Virus record (IMG/VR): IMGVR_UViG_3300030385_002649
Location: 306,805 to 370,804 of that record
DNA: 64,000 nucleotides
Direction: 5' to 3' (one strand)
In this document: positions 42,719 through 55,200 of the stretch, piece after piece
Layout of the letters: each line of letters begins with the position of its first letter
How positions within the stretch are numbered: position 1 is the stretch's first letter
The notes under the pieces: model-generated
Told to the model about the DNA's origin: nothing
Seen by the model: the letters and a program-made list of their open reading frames with translations, nothing else
Database searches by the model: none
Program-made: the position numbers and the translations under genes

Positions 42719-43255
42719 ATGATGGATTTCTTGAAGAGCGGTATGGGTTCGTTGGTTGACCTGGCGAAGCGTCAGCAGAACGCTGCTCGTTTGGGCGACA
42801 TGGGTGTGACTCGGATTCGTGCGGCTCGGCTGGTTGCCTTGAACAGCCCGATCATGGTGCCCAAGAAGGGGCTCCTCGACGCGGACGGCAAGGAGATCAA
42901 GTCGGACGAGATGGTCCAGGCTGGCTGGAAGCCGAAGAAGGTCATCGTCGAGCGCTTGGACGCGGACCTCGCCTACCTCGGCGACATCTCGATCTGGGCT
43001 GGTGAGATCGGGATCTCGGTTCCGACGCCGAAGTCGGTCCTGTCGACGGGTGTGATCACCTGCGACGAGGGGCTGACCTGTCCGGAGCTGGTCCTCAACG
43101 AGGCTGAGGGTGACGACCTGATCATCCTCCCGACCCTCGGCGTCCTGGCGTTGGAGGCGTTCGACTCCGGGCTCCAGGTGATCCCGGTGAGTCCTTCCTT
43201 CACGGGTGACGCTGGGGGTTTGTCCCTCTGCCACGTGCGTCGCGTCGTTAAGTAG
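42719..43255 (+). CDS. Hypothetical protein with high-expression-type codon bias
   Basis: Track ORF, 178 aa; predominantly C/G-ending codons. Confidence 0.75.
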   Translation: MMDFLKSGMGSLVDLAKRQQNAARLGDMGVTRIRAARLVALNSPIMVPKKGLLDADGKEIKSDEMVQAGWKPKKVIVERLDADLAYLGDISIWAGEIGISVPTPKSVLSTGVITCDEGLTCPELVLNEAEGDDLIILPTLGVLALEAFDSGLQVIPVSPSFTGDAGGLSLCHVRRVVK

Positions 43256-43417
43256 GGCTTCCTTCGCTAGCTTTGGGATAGCTAGTCATTAAATAATCAT
43301 CTTGGCGAAGCGGCATGGGTTTTTGGACTTGTGTTGCTCCTTTCTCTTTTCTGGAGGATTATTATGAGCTTCTAATGGAAACATTGGGCCTGCTGCTTGT
43401 TGTGGTGGGTTGCTTCC

Positions 43418-43489
43418 GGATCCGTAGCTCAATGGTAGAGCAGTGGCCTTTTAAGCCATGGGTTCAGGGTTCGAGTCCCTGCGGGTCCA
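43418..43489 (+). tRNA. tRNA-Lys(UUU)
   Basis: Cloverleaf; anticodon loop cttttaa; GTTCGAGTC T-loop. Confidence 0.93.
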
Positions 43490-43770
43490 TTTGGTGGCAG
43501 TATTGCGCCGTAGAGTTGATCAGTTAGCGTTGCTTTGGTAATGACGCGGTCGTTATCTTGAGCCAAGTGTGTGGAGTCCTCTCATTTGGGGCGTTGAAGC
43601 ATGCTGGTTGTCGCACGGGGGCTCCAATCCCGCTGATGGGTGGTACCGGGATCCCGGTAGGGTTCTGAGAGAAGATACCGGTTATTGTCAACTCGCCATC
43701 ATTTTTTTTGTTGAACTCATTGTGGGTTCTGCGCTTGTTTTGGGTTTTACATGTACACAGGAAGTGAAGT

Positions 43771-45046
43771 ATGTTGTTGAAGAAGGCTGTCGAGGACCGT
43801 AAGGTTCGAGATGCCACGAAGCAGAGGCACACGGATCGCCAAAAGGAGTTGTTTCTTTTGGCGATCCCGTTGAAGGAGCGAATCCTCGTTTTCTTAGAGG
43901 AGAACTTCTTGGAGTTGGACAGAACACAGTTCAGCTTCCAAAACGGAGATGAGGAAAGGAAAAAGACCTGGGATCGCCTTAGGTCTTGCAGACTTCGAGT
44001 TGACGACGTCGAGGTTGACGTTCGGGATCTCGATTTCAGCGAAGACGGCAGTCCGAAAACTCCTAAGATCGAGAAGAAAACCTATTGGATTGATCTTGAT
44101 CGCCGTCATGGTGATTGGGTGACCCATGAGGTGACTGGGGTTAAGACTTGGGTCCCAGAGAATCGCCTCAGTATCCAGTGTGGGCGCGCCATGTTCTGTA
44201 GGTCATTGCATTTGGTGAACGTCATGAGGGCTATCCTCGGTGATCCGGCTCCAGTGAACTGGACGGGTCAGGTGAAGTCAGCCAGGGCGGCCTTCAACGC
44301 GCTTCCTGAGGATCAGAGGGTGATTCTCATGCGGGAGTTCTTGGCAGCATTGTGAGCCAAGTGGGTGCGATGCTGGACTTGATTCCAGTTGTTGCTATGG
44401 GGGTGGTTCTCATGGCTTTTGTGTTTTTTATGGCCAGTCGTTACCTTTAGGAGGGTTTATGGATTTGGGTCAATTGGCGAAGGTGGCGGGAACGCTTAAC
44501 CTTCTGTATGAGCAACACTTGCAGTTCGGTCAGGACTACGAGGACGCTCTCGTGGAACTCGACGAGTTCGACAAGAAGGGAATCTTGAATGAGATGACCT
44601 TCCCGATGGTTGCTCCTCGGGACTGGTTCGAACAGAAGCGTGATCGGGATGCTGAGTACGGACAACTTCGGGAGGCTTACGGCACCCTGAAGAAGGACTG
44701 GGACTCGGTTAACGCTCGTGCTGACGATTACGAGGAGGACCTTGGTACTCTTCGGGAGCACGCGGAGCGTGTGTCATTGGTCTCGCGGTCGCTCCAGGAC
44801 GCTTTGGCTAGGGCTCGGAACCAGACGGTTCGGGCTACGCTGAAGCTATGGTTGGCTGATGGGCCTCCCCCTGCGGTTGAGGCGGCGTTGCTGGCGGAAC
44901 GTTCGGTCGAGGCTATCAAGTGGGCTTTCCATGAGTACCTCCTCGACTTAGAGTCGGCTAAGAGGTTGATCCGGTCGTATAGTACGGCGCGGGTCGCGGA
45001 TCTTCGGAAGGCGCCTACGGTTCTTCTGACTGTGGCGCAAGTCTAG
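43771..45046 (+). CDS. Two hypothetical genes (43771-44355, 44459-45046)
   Basis: Track ORFs; SD AGGAGG before 44459. Confidence 0.7.
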
Positions 45047-45078
45047 CAGGCTTCCTCTCTGCTAAACGGTTTTTGGTT

Positions 45079-45146
45079 AAGCTTGTGGTCTAATAGTAAG
45101 GCAACCTGTTCGCAGGGTGATCTGGGTGCGATTCCTAGCTGGCTTG
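45079..45146 (+). ncRNA. tRNA-like element whose anticodon arm is closed by a UUCG tetraloop
   Basis: Acceptor aagcttg/ctggctt; D arm gtct/aggc; cctg-ttcg-cagg; T arm ctggg-tgcgatt-cctag. Confidence 0.45.
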
Positions 45147-45620
45147 TGTCTCTTTCTCAATAATTGGGCGGTTACTGAGAAGGTTAACTTTGTACGCCCT
45201 CGTACTCTCAGGAGTTTTTACCATGAAGAAGCAGAACAACAACCGTCGTGTCAGCCGGACCATTGATGAGATTGATCGGAACGCTCAGCCCGAGCGCGAG
45301 GAGAAGATCCTCGGCAAGGTGGAGCACAAGATGCTCGGCCAGGTCCTCCCGATTCTCGCGGTCATCGACAACGGCGGTGCCTTCCTCGTCGAGCACAAGA
45401 AGTTCGACCGGAGCTACGTCCGAGCGCGCAAGCGCAACGGCGAGTACGTCACCGACCCGAAGGGGAACACCCTCTTCGAGCGCGTCAACGTCTACCGCTA
45501 CGTGAACGAGGAGCGCCTCACGTCGGCTGGTTGGGTCCGGATCAAGTAGGTCCTCGACCATCGTTCGGTCAGCCCCTTCGGGGGCTGGCCCTTCATCAAC
45601 CACAAGAGAGAAAAAACACC

Positions 45621-46223
45621 ATGAACTCATTTAACAAGAAAACGAAAGTATCGGCATCGACGGATTATATCAATCGCGTCAATTGGCTCGAACAAAGCAA
45701 CGCAGCTAAGTACGAACGCATCAAGGCCCTTGAGGCGGACAACCTCGAACTTACTGAGATGGCTGCGCGCGGCTGCTCGCCTGATGAGCACAAGATCAAC
45801 GTGTTCATCGGCCAACTCAAGGCCGAGAAGGCAATGTTGCGCAAGGAGTGCGACGACCTCAAGGCTCAGCTTCAAGAGCCCGTAACCCTCGCAATCGAGG
45901 TCGTCAAGCTGAAGTCCTTGCGCATGGACGACGCGAAGCGAAGCGATCTCCTTCGTCAAGAATTCGTGCTTGAGCAACGCAAGGTCCACGCTATCCAGTT
46001 GGCACATCGGGTTGAGAGGCAAGCCCTACTCGCTCAGTTGGAGGTGGCTAAGTGCCAAGCCAAGTCGTCGCCACAGGAGCCCGAGTACGATTCCTCGGTT
46101 CTTAGTGGGGACAACAAGGCTGACATCGCCCTCGCCTCGATCATGGCTGCGACCGGCCAGACCGCCATCCGGTGGATCTCCGTGGCGACCGCTGTGGCTA
46201 GCGGTTTCTACTGCATGGTGTAA
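45621..46223 (+). CDS. Coiled-coil protein with C-terminal membrane anchor (family B)
   Basis: C-terminal ADIALASIMAATGQTAIRWISVA resembles that of 61333-62292. Confidence 0.7.
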   Translation: MNSFNKKTKVSASTDYINRVNWLEQSNAAKYERIKALEADNLELTEMAARGCSPDEHKINVFIGQLKAEKAMLRKECDDLKAQLQEPVTLAIEVVKLKSLRMDDAKRSDLLRQEFVLEQRKVHAIQLAHRVERQALLAQLEVAKCQAKSSPQEPEYDSSVLSGDNKADIALASIMAATGQTAIRWISVATAVASGFYCMV

Positions 46224-46225
46224 GA

Positions 46226-49200
46226 TGCACACCAAGCAACTTCTAGCTAAAAAAGAGATCCTCACCGCCTTGACGCAAGCTGTCCTGGCGGGAGTTAACG
46301 TCTCTTGTAACAATTGTGCCAGCCTCACTCCGACTGACATTTGTGTGATGGCTGAGTCTCAAGACAACACTCCAGTTGAAGACTCATTGGCGTTTGCCAC
46401 GGACCGTGAGAACTGGGAGGCGAGTTTTTTCATAGCCAAGCCTCATGAGTTCTTCTGTCCTCAGTTCCGACTTAAGCTTGGTCCTGACGGCGTGATTCCG
46501 CTAGGTTTCCCGGCTCGGTTGCTCCCATTGGCGGAGGGTTAGCCAAGTGGTGCCGCCCGATAAGTTGTTTCCTCCGCCTCCTCGGTATAAAATCCGGGTG
46601 GTTCAACGGAGGACTGGCAGAACGAAAGAAACCGAACTATACGACGGCCCAAAGGCTGCTCGGCTGTACGGAGAACTAGGTGACAAGTTCACCGTTGAGA
46701 AAGGCTACGACGTGAAGGTGATTGATGTTGAACCGTGAACGATGGTCTGTGGGCATTAACGATGTCTATATGACTGCAACAATCATGAAAGAGGAGGGCC
46801 GGTTCTACTGGTTCTTCTTGGAGTGGGTGTCCGCGTGGGCTGCTCACTTAGTCATGAAAATCCCGGTGATTAAGACCAAGAAGGTCGACGAGGATGGCGA
46901 GCCCTACGAGTTCCTCCAAGACTGGTTTTGGTGTGAGAAGTACACGCTCTTCTTCCAGTGGATTCACGGGAAATATAAGGTTAGCCAATTCAGCGCTGAT
47001 CTTCAAGACGTTCCGAAGACTTGGCATGACTCGGAGCTAGTCGATGATGATCCACCGTTCGAAAAGCCGGGCTTGGTAATCGCTTATGGTCGGTTTTCTG
47101 AGGCGCGACGTCTTGAGCGGTCGGCTAGGCTGAATCGGATGGCCGCTGCTAACGAGGTAATCGGGATGGTCCGCAGTGGACGTCCGTTGCCTGAGATGCC
47201 GTGGTAACGAGGCTGTAGTTTCGGAGGATTTTCAATCCTGTCCTGGCGAACATGGGGTCTTATGATCTCGTGTCCATTTCTTTTTAAGGTCCCCGATTCA
47301 CTGGGTCGGTCGGGATAGCCATTTTTTGTAGACCCTAACTTGGAGATTTGTTATGAGTGATGTTGTTATCGGACTGATCATGGTCCAGAAGGCTACCATC
47401 GACGGCGACACTGTGAAGTGGAAAACGTTCAAGCCGACCTCTGGCCACGGTGCTTTCCTGAAGCGCCTCGGCTACACGGTTCGGGACGAGCTGCTCGTCC
47501 AGGACAAGGGTAAGTACCTTCAAGTGGAGTGCGCCGGTTTCGAGGTCGTTCAGGTCGACACTTCGCTCACGGGCGATGCTGGCCTCGAAGAGGTGGCCAA
47601 GCTCAAGAAGGTCATCGCTGAGAAGAAGCTGATCAGCTACCCGAGCCAGAACGGGTCGCAGTTCTCCTTCATGGGGAGCGACGGCACCGTGAACAGCGGC
47701 AAGGCGTCCAAGATGCCTGGCGCTGTTCGGTACCTCGACCGAGTGGTCCCCGGATGCTCGGCCCTGGTCGCCAAGCGGGCTGACAAGCAGAAGACCCGTA
47801 AGGTTGTCGAGTCGACGTTCAGCTTCGACGACCTCTTCAGCGACGACGACGACAAGGACGCCAAGAAGGCCGCTCCCGTCAAGAAGAAGAAGTAAGGGTA
47901 TCAGAGGACGGGTGGTTTAGGCCGCCCGTCCTCTCCCTCTTATGAAGAGACACATGGTGGTTGCTGACGAGGAAGGTGGCGGCATAAGGGGCTATCGAAG
48001 CCAAGTGGTGTTCATGCTCCCCCGTTACATTTCAGACAACCTAAACTCGAAAAGCGTGCGCGCTTACCTAGATATGATGTTGGCGGACAGTCCGCTGTTC
48101 GTGCCTTCGCTTAATGTCGAAGTGATCGAATTCGAGGGGAATATAATCCTTCCTCTTGACGCGTCAGACTGGATCAGCGGATGAAGTCACTTCGTTATCT
48201 CCCACGAGAGGAACTCGACAACCTTTGTCAGGCTGTAAGAGAGGAGATCATTCGCAGGGACAAAATAGCCCTCGCGGATTACCCTATCCCGCAGGATATT
48301 CTGGTCATGTATCATCAGGGTGGTAACAAGGTCCAAGCTCTGAGGGCCTTTCGGGACTCCTTGCCAACCCCAAAGCCTAGCTTAAGCGCTCTTAAAGCGA
48401 CGCTAGACACTAGGAGGCCAAGTTAAGCGTGGCCGGACTTGATCTAATGCACGAAGGGCTGTGCCCGAACTGCGGAAATGTGTTGGTGCGAATACAGGCT
48501 AATCACCCGCGTTGTACTAGCTGTGGGGGCACTGCAACCAAGATCGTCCCCGTGACAGGATTTGCGGCTTCTATGGGATTTGGGTGCAATGGGTGTGAGT
48601 ACTGTCAGCTTCCGAAGGAAGATTAGTCACCGATCCTGGACATGATTAGAAACTGTCCTTAATAACTGATCAGGTGTTTTAGGCTGCGCCTGGTTGGATA
48701 AATCTTAGCCTTTAACTCGTACCTCATGGAGAATTTGAAATGAGAAACCGATTCGAGAAGCAACTTCGTATTCAGCACATCAAGGGCAACCAGAGCGGAA
48801 AGGTCGCACGTGTCGGGCGCCGAGAGGCTGACCGTCTGGTTGGAGAGGGTTCGGCCCGCTTCATCAGCCAGTCCTTGTTCAAGGCTGCTAACGTTGGCAT
48901 CGACATCACTCGCCTCGCCAACTCGCGCGACGACAAGACGATCAAGAAGCAGATCAAGCAGATCACGGCGCAGGCAAAGAAGCAGACCAAGAAGGCTGAG
49001 GCCACCGCATAATGCGACCGAAAGTTCAGTCTGGTGCCAATATTATTCTGTCCATCTTCGGAGGGTGTGCGCTTGGGATGTTGTTGATGACCCTCATCCA
49101 CGATCACAAAGATGAGGCTGAGGCGGAAAAGACCAAGGAACAGAAGCTGTTCAAGGCCGACAGGTGGCGCATGGTAAAGATCAACGAGCGGCCCGTTCAG

Positions 49201-52200
49201 TACGTCTACATCCTCAAAGCAGGTAACAGTTGGCTGGTGAAGGACTACGACGGTGGTATTTGCTTCGTTCCTAGCTCGGCCCAATGGAAAGGGCTATGAA
49301 CTACCAAACGCTATTAACCCGAGCGGGGTCCAGCCAAGTGGTTGGGCCCCGCCTTTTAAAGGAGAAACCTAATGGCTAAGTATCTCTGTTTTTTGTGTAG
49401 GAAGAAGGCTAAACCAGCTAATTTCTGCTATGGCTGCCTGGTGTTCATCTGTGAGTCATGTGACTTTCCAGGAATCAACATCCCGGACATCGGACATCAC
49501 CCTACTGAGCACACGAAGTGTCCGATGTGTGCTCACACCGACAAGACCACTAACATGCCCTCTTGGACTAAGAAAGAAGATTAGTGACTCCTAACGAGAA
49601 AAGAACCCGAGGGAAGCTCGGGCGACGTCGGCTCAAGAAGTTGGACGTTGAGGAGAAGCACGAAGTTGTTGCTCTGAGAACGTTCGGTGACGACTCTGAC
49701 GGCGTCGAATACGTGGTGACTGAGCAACTCTCGACTGTCCCGTTCTTCATGCCATTGCCTCGACATTCTCTTCGTGATGAGATGGCTAGGGAGTTGGAGA
49801 GCGTGGAAGCTTTCCTTCAGTCGAAACTCCCATCGTTGAGCCCGACTCTCATTTATGAGGTGATCGAGTCTGACGACTACTTTGTTGGTTATCATGATCG
49901 TTCGTTCGGTTATTATGCTGACAAGAACATAGCGCTGGCGGTCGGCGCTAGAGTGAAGGCCAATCGATATGACGCGTCCGATGACGCTGAAGATCTTTAC
50001 CGTCACAACTCTGACGTTCCAATCATTGTCCGACCAGTAATTGTGAACGAGTATCCTCAAATCGTTTTGAAATGGGACCACTGGTTTGGCAAGTGGTACG
50101 GAAAGGAAACAGCATGAGCCTTATCTGGAATGAATACTTAGTTTGGAACTTTAGGCACGCTAACGGGGACCAATTGGATAAATTCAATTCGCTCTTCAAA
50201 CAGTATGATTTAACGCCCTCGTACACGTGTGGTGTGGCGGCCCTCGCGGTCAACCAGTTCGGGGCCAACGTTGGCCATGTGTTTTGGCCCGTCAAGTTTG
50301 GTAAGATCTCGGCGGCTGAGGCGGTTGTCGTTCTTATCAACGGGGCTAGGTTTACAACCGAGACTAGTCTCTTGTTTGATGCGCCTGATGATGTTTGGAA
50401 CTCTAGGTGCGCGGCTGAGATGAAAAGCATCATCCTTGACACGGAGCTTTATTTCGGCGTCGTAGATCTCCGCACTGAGGTCTTGCGCCCGCTGATAACC
50501 AGCCAAGTGGGTGGTCTCGTGGCTCCTCCGGTGAAGGCGGTGTGTATGTGTCCGATTCAGAGTCTCTGGGGACTTGGCCATGACGCGAACTGTCCGGAGA
50601 AAACGCAATGAGGAGAGCCCAGCCAAACGAGGAGGATAACGAGTTAAAAGGGCTGTTCTACTACTCGCTCGTTTTCTCCTTTTCTGGGGATTCCTTCAAA
50701 GCGGTCTCGCGTGCGGACAGGGAAGTGACAAGGTTGGCTGAGCTAAAACTTCATATCTTGCAAGTTGAGCATGAGTACAGCTGGCCTGATGGGAGTTTGT
50801 GCTTTCTTGTTCGGTCTAAGACGCCTCTGACAATCAAGATGCTGAATGAGGAGGTGTTTATCGAGGATTGGTTGGGTTCTACGGTCAAGGTCTACGGAAT
50901 CACGTCAGTCAATCCTCGTTATGTCCGGATCACTCCTTTGACTTATGAGGAGAGGTTCGAACTTGAGAAGCCAGCATCAATTCGTCTCATCACGAAACGG
51001 TTCGATGAAAGAAACGGTCTAATGTTGAAGTACCGTGAAACTCGGACGAAATGCACGACCTGTAAAAAGGGCAAAAACGCGTGTGAAACTTGTTCAGTCA
51101 TTCTGGCTGAGTGTGAGAAGAAGTTAGCCGAGTGGGAGAGCAGGCCCAGGATCATGGAAGGGTAAAATGGCGACTCCGAATGATAAGCAGATGGTCGATA
51201 CCATCTGCGAAATGCTCAACGATGTTGATGACGATGAGTGGAACGACGCCTATGAGGTCCTCTGGGAGATGTTGAGATTGGTTCGCCCACTTAGTACTGA
51301 TCCCACCAGGTGTTCTAAATTCGAAATCGAAAAGGAAAAGGCGGAGAATTGAAATGAACATTAACCAGGCACTTGAAAAATTGGAAGCATACAAAAAAGT
51401 AATAGGAGGGGAGGCTGAACTTCTTGTTCGTGGTCACCAAGACGGTGACGATTGGGAACTTGTGCATGACGTCGAAATTGTTGTGGCAAAAGAGATAGAA
51501 AAAGTTCCTGGACAGCGCAGGTGGTCTGGTTCGCATACAATTTTTGGTGCTGAAGACCACGGCACCAAATTTGTAACCATTCAATAAGGGAGAAGACGGA
51601 TGCTTAGAAACCCGAGTGCTATTGACGATGAGGTTATCGTCAAGCTCAAGAAATTGTTGAGTTCTTACGAAGAGGCGTGTGAAAACATTCTCTATAAGAA
51701 CTTCAACATCACTGAAACAGTGAAAGACATCGAGATTTGTCGCCGAGCGTTGGATTATGCCGAGAACGGTCCCACGTTTAGTGAAACTCTCGACCAATTC
51801 GCAGAATGCGAAAAGAGAACCTGATGAGTGGCGAATTTGACAAGTACGAGGTCTCCGACACCATGAGTGTCACCACGTGCTGCACATGCGGGGTCGTCTT
51901 CGGACTCCCCAATCACCTGAACCATGCGTTAAGACGCAACGGGAGAGCCTTTTATTGTCCAAATGGGCACGAACTCCATTACACCGATGGCATGAACCTG
52001 GAAGAGTGGGTTGAGCACGGTAGACGTCTAGCGACAGAATTGCGGCAACACAAGCTTGGTGTCAATCAGGCTCGGTTCCAGCGCGATCAGTTGGAAGCTA
52101 AAGTGGTTGAGCTTGAAGCTCTCCATTCTGAGTTGAGAGCAGTCGCACGAGCTGCTCGGAGTCAGTCAGTCGGCTCGACTGCTGTTACTCCCACATGTTG

Positions 52201-55200
52201 CGGATTGATCATGGTCACCAACCTGGGCGGTTCTCTCCATTGTCAAAGGAACTGTATGAAGAGCCAGCCAAGTAGTGGGCCCCAGTAATGGAGTACCTCC
52301 TATTAGTCGCGTCAGCGATTGAGCAAGGTATAGTGTGAGGTCGCGCTGGTCAGCTTCATTCTTTTGTTGGGTTTTGAATCTAGTATTTAAAATTCTCGAA
52401 AGTAATAGGCGCGCTTGCTTCAGTAGGTGTTTTGTGAAGCATCAATTTGAGGTGTGGATGAAGACACGGTTATCTATTATAGCGGCGGCAGGTCAGTCAG
52501 GTCCACCTGCTAAGAACCCTCAGGCTGATCACCGGCCAATCCTTATGAGGATAACATGAGCAAGAGTGGACGTTCGGCATTTTGTCGAGTTTGCAAGCGG
52601 GAGGTTGAAGCTAAGCGTAAAGGCTTGGAATTTTTTCCTCCCCCAACTTGTGGTCGGTGTCAACGGGTGCAGAATCAACAAGACGCTAGGAAAAAGAGGT
52701 GAACTATGCTTGAAGAAGAGGCGAGAGAAATCGTCATGAATCGGATTGCTCACGGTCCGGACACTGTCGAGTACAGCAAGGAAGCGATTGAAGCAGCGGT
52801 CGCTAGAATGATGGGCAAGGAAGTAAAGCCGATCCCTCACGTTGCACCACCCCCGCCCAAGGTGTCGCCTTTCTTGGCACACACCTACGGCCTTCATGAG
52901 AAATACATGCAGGACGGTTGAAAAGGAGAACAGTAAATGTTTAGGTTGAGAAACTTTGTCGGGAAGGAAATTTTCTTCGGTTCACACCGTGGAATTTTGA
53001 CAGGATATGACAGACATGTTCTGTACGTCGAATATTACCAAAGGGTAAACGCCGTTGGTAAGCCTAGGACGATCCAACGAGACGTCCTCCATTATTTGTA
53101 TGATGAGAATGGTCAAAAAGTGCTCGACTGGTCAAGGACGACTTTTGGGGCGCAGATGAGCCAAGTGGTTGTCGCGCGTCCTGTTGTTATCTCCCTCGCA
53201 GAGGAACAGCCCTGGCACACTGAGGAGAACAAGATAGAATGCCCGATAGCTCTCGATAAGTGGCTCAAGCGTCACAATCGGAAGAATAAGAAGACTGCTC
53301 GGGAGAAACGGGAAGTCGTCGCCTTAAAGAAGAAAATCGACGGTTTGGTGCCGTACGTCTTCGTCGCGAGCATGGCTGTTTTGCTTCCTCCGATTGTGTG
53401 GTGTTTGCGGCTAGTTGTTGCTGCGCTCATCTGATGATGGTTTTGCCACAAAAGGGAGTGGCCATTTGTAGAATCGTGACGATCTATGCGAAGAACCCAA
53501 CTTTGGGTGATTTGTATTACGTCGAGGATCCTAAGCATGTGCCGCCTCTTCTCAGAAAGATGTGGGAAATGGGTTTCATTCCTCACTGGAAATGGGTATG
53601 CAGGGTTGCGTACAAGGACAAGATCCGGGGTTATATCCCGGTAGGAGACGTGTGATGATTTTTATTTTGGGATGTCCGATCTGCGTTGCGTTGGGCGTCA
53701 AAGCTGCAGGTGTGTTATTCACTGCTTGCTTGACGATTCTGGTTTGGCTTGGGCTTCATAAGCCGAAGCACGAAGAAGGATGTGAGTGCGATGAGCACAC
53801 AGGGTCTTAACACAAAACGGAAGCCTTCTGAAGGGCGGATCACTTGGGAGGTTCCGGTAGACCCCTCCCGCTTTTTGGCCGGTTATAAGGAAATGGTGAA
53901 CTGATGATAGATCGCATTTATCAGGGAACGCTGACTGAAGAACTAACCAATATCTTCCGAGGGAGAGAAGGGTTTGACGCTTCGTCTGATCCTGACGAAA
54001 ACGGAAGGTTTATTGTGCGCTGTTCTACTGTGGCGCATTGGGAAATCATGCAGAAAGAACTGCGAGAACACGTGGAGGAAAGCAATGTTGTCAAAACAAC
54101 AGGTGATTTGTAAGGTCAGGTATGCCGAATACGAACATGAATCTGTCATCAGTAAGAGAAGCAAACCCAACCATTGTCAGCTCGCAACTTGTGTTGAAGG
54201 CGTAAATGGTGGCCCTAGAGCGACGAGGGAGGGGAAGCCCTTCTGTACTGAACACCTTGACCACATGCCTTACTATTGTGAGGTAAGAGGTCGAATCGAG
54301 AGACATGAGAATTACATCGCTAGTGTCAACCTCGGTGGGGTTGACGCAGTTCGGTTGGATGCTGAACTAACTAGGTGGATGATTAGTGAATTGTGGATCA
54401 ACGAGGGCGAACTAAACATCGCTCGGTTCATGCGGGTCTTGATGATTGTGAAAAAAGTTGCTCTGGCTCAGGGTCTTTTTCTTGACAACAAGAAAATCGT
54501 CACTTTCATCCCTGCTAAGAGGATGAAAGGATTAGGAAATTTGAAACTCGTTGACTCTCTTGTGGAGTGTAAGGACATGGAAGAGGTTTTCATGAGGGCC
54601 GAGGAATTGGCAAGTGACCGACATTGATAAGGGGACGCGTGGTCGCTCGCGCCTAGAAAGCCAAGTGGCTGGTGCCCTTCGGTCTTGTATTGACGCACAT
54701 GGGCCGATTACCAAAGCTTATCTTGGTTCGGCTGCAAAACGAGCGGTGGCTGCGGTCGCCGCTTTTATTAAGGAGAGTGAAAATGGCTAAAGAGAAAATG
54801 CAAATTGAGGTTCTGATGACCCAATCTCCCGAGATCGAGGTTGGATATCTTGATCTCAACGCTAAGTACGAGGGTCAGAGAAATTCTCAAGAAGTCGTTG
54901 GCAAGCCGCTAGTGCTTGACTTCTCTGACGAAGGACGTCTAATTGGGATTGAATTCCTGAACGCCGACGTTCTACCACAAATCACTGTAGGAGGTGTCTA
55001 ATGTTGCTTTACCTGTTGAAAATGGCCACATATGGTCTGATCGCTGGAGCCATCGGCTTCTACTTCTTCGGTCTTGGAGCGGTCGCTAACTGCGCGTTCG
55101 CTGCGATGACCTGTACGGCCGCATGGGACTTTGGTCGCATGACATTCAAGAAGAAGAAGACCTAGAGCAAGGAGGGGCCCTAGAAATAGGACCCCAACCC

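Noticed and set aside
43588-43680. Third tRNA-like sequence (GGGGCG...CGGGGGCTCCAATCCCG)
   Set aside because: No canonical T-loop and no closable acceptor stem found
49323-49353. AGCCAAGTGG as a conserved hairpin loop
   Set aside because: It sits in a stem-loop at 49332 and 54659, but most copies lack flanking complementarity
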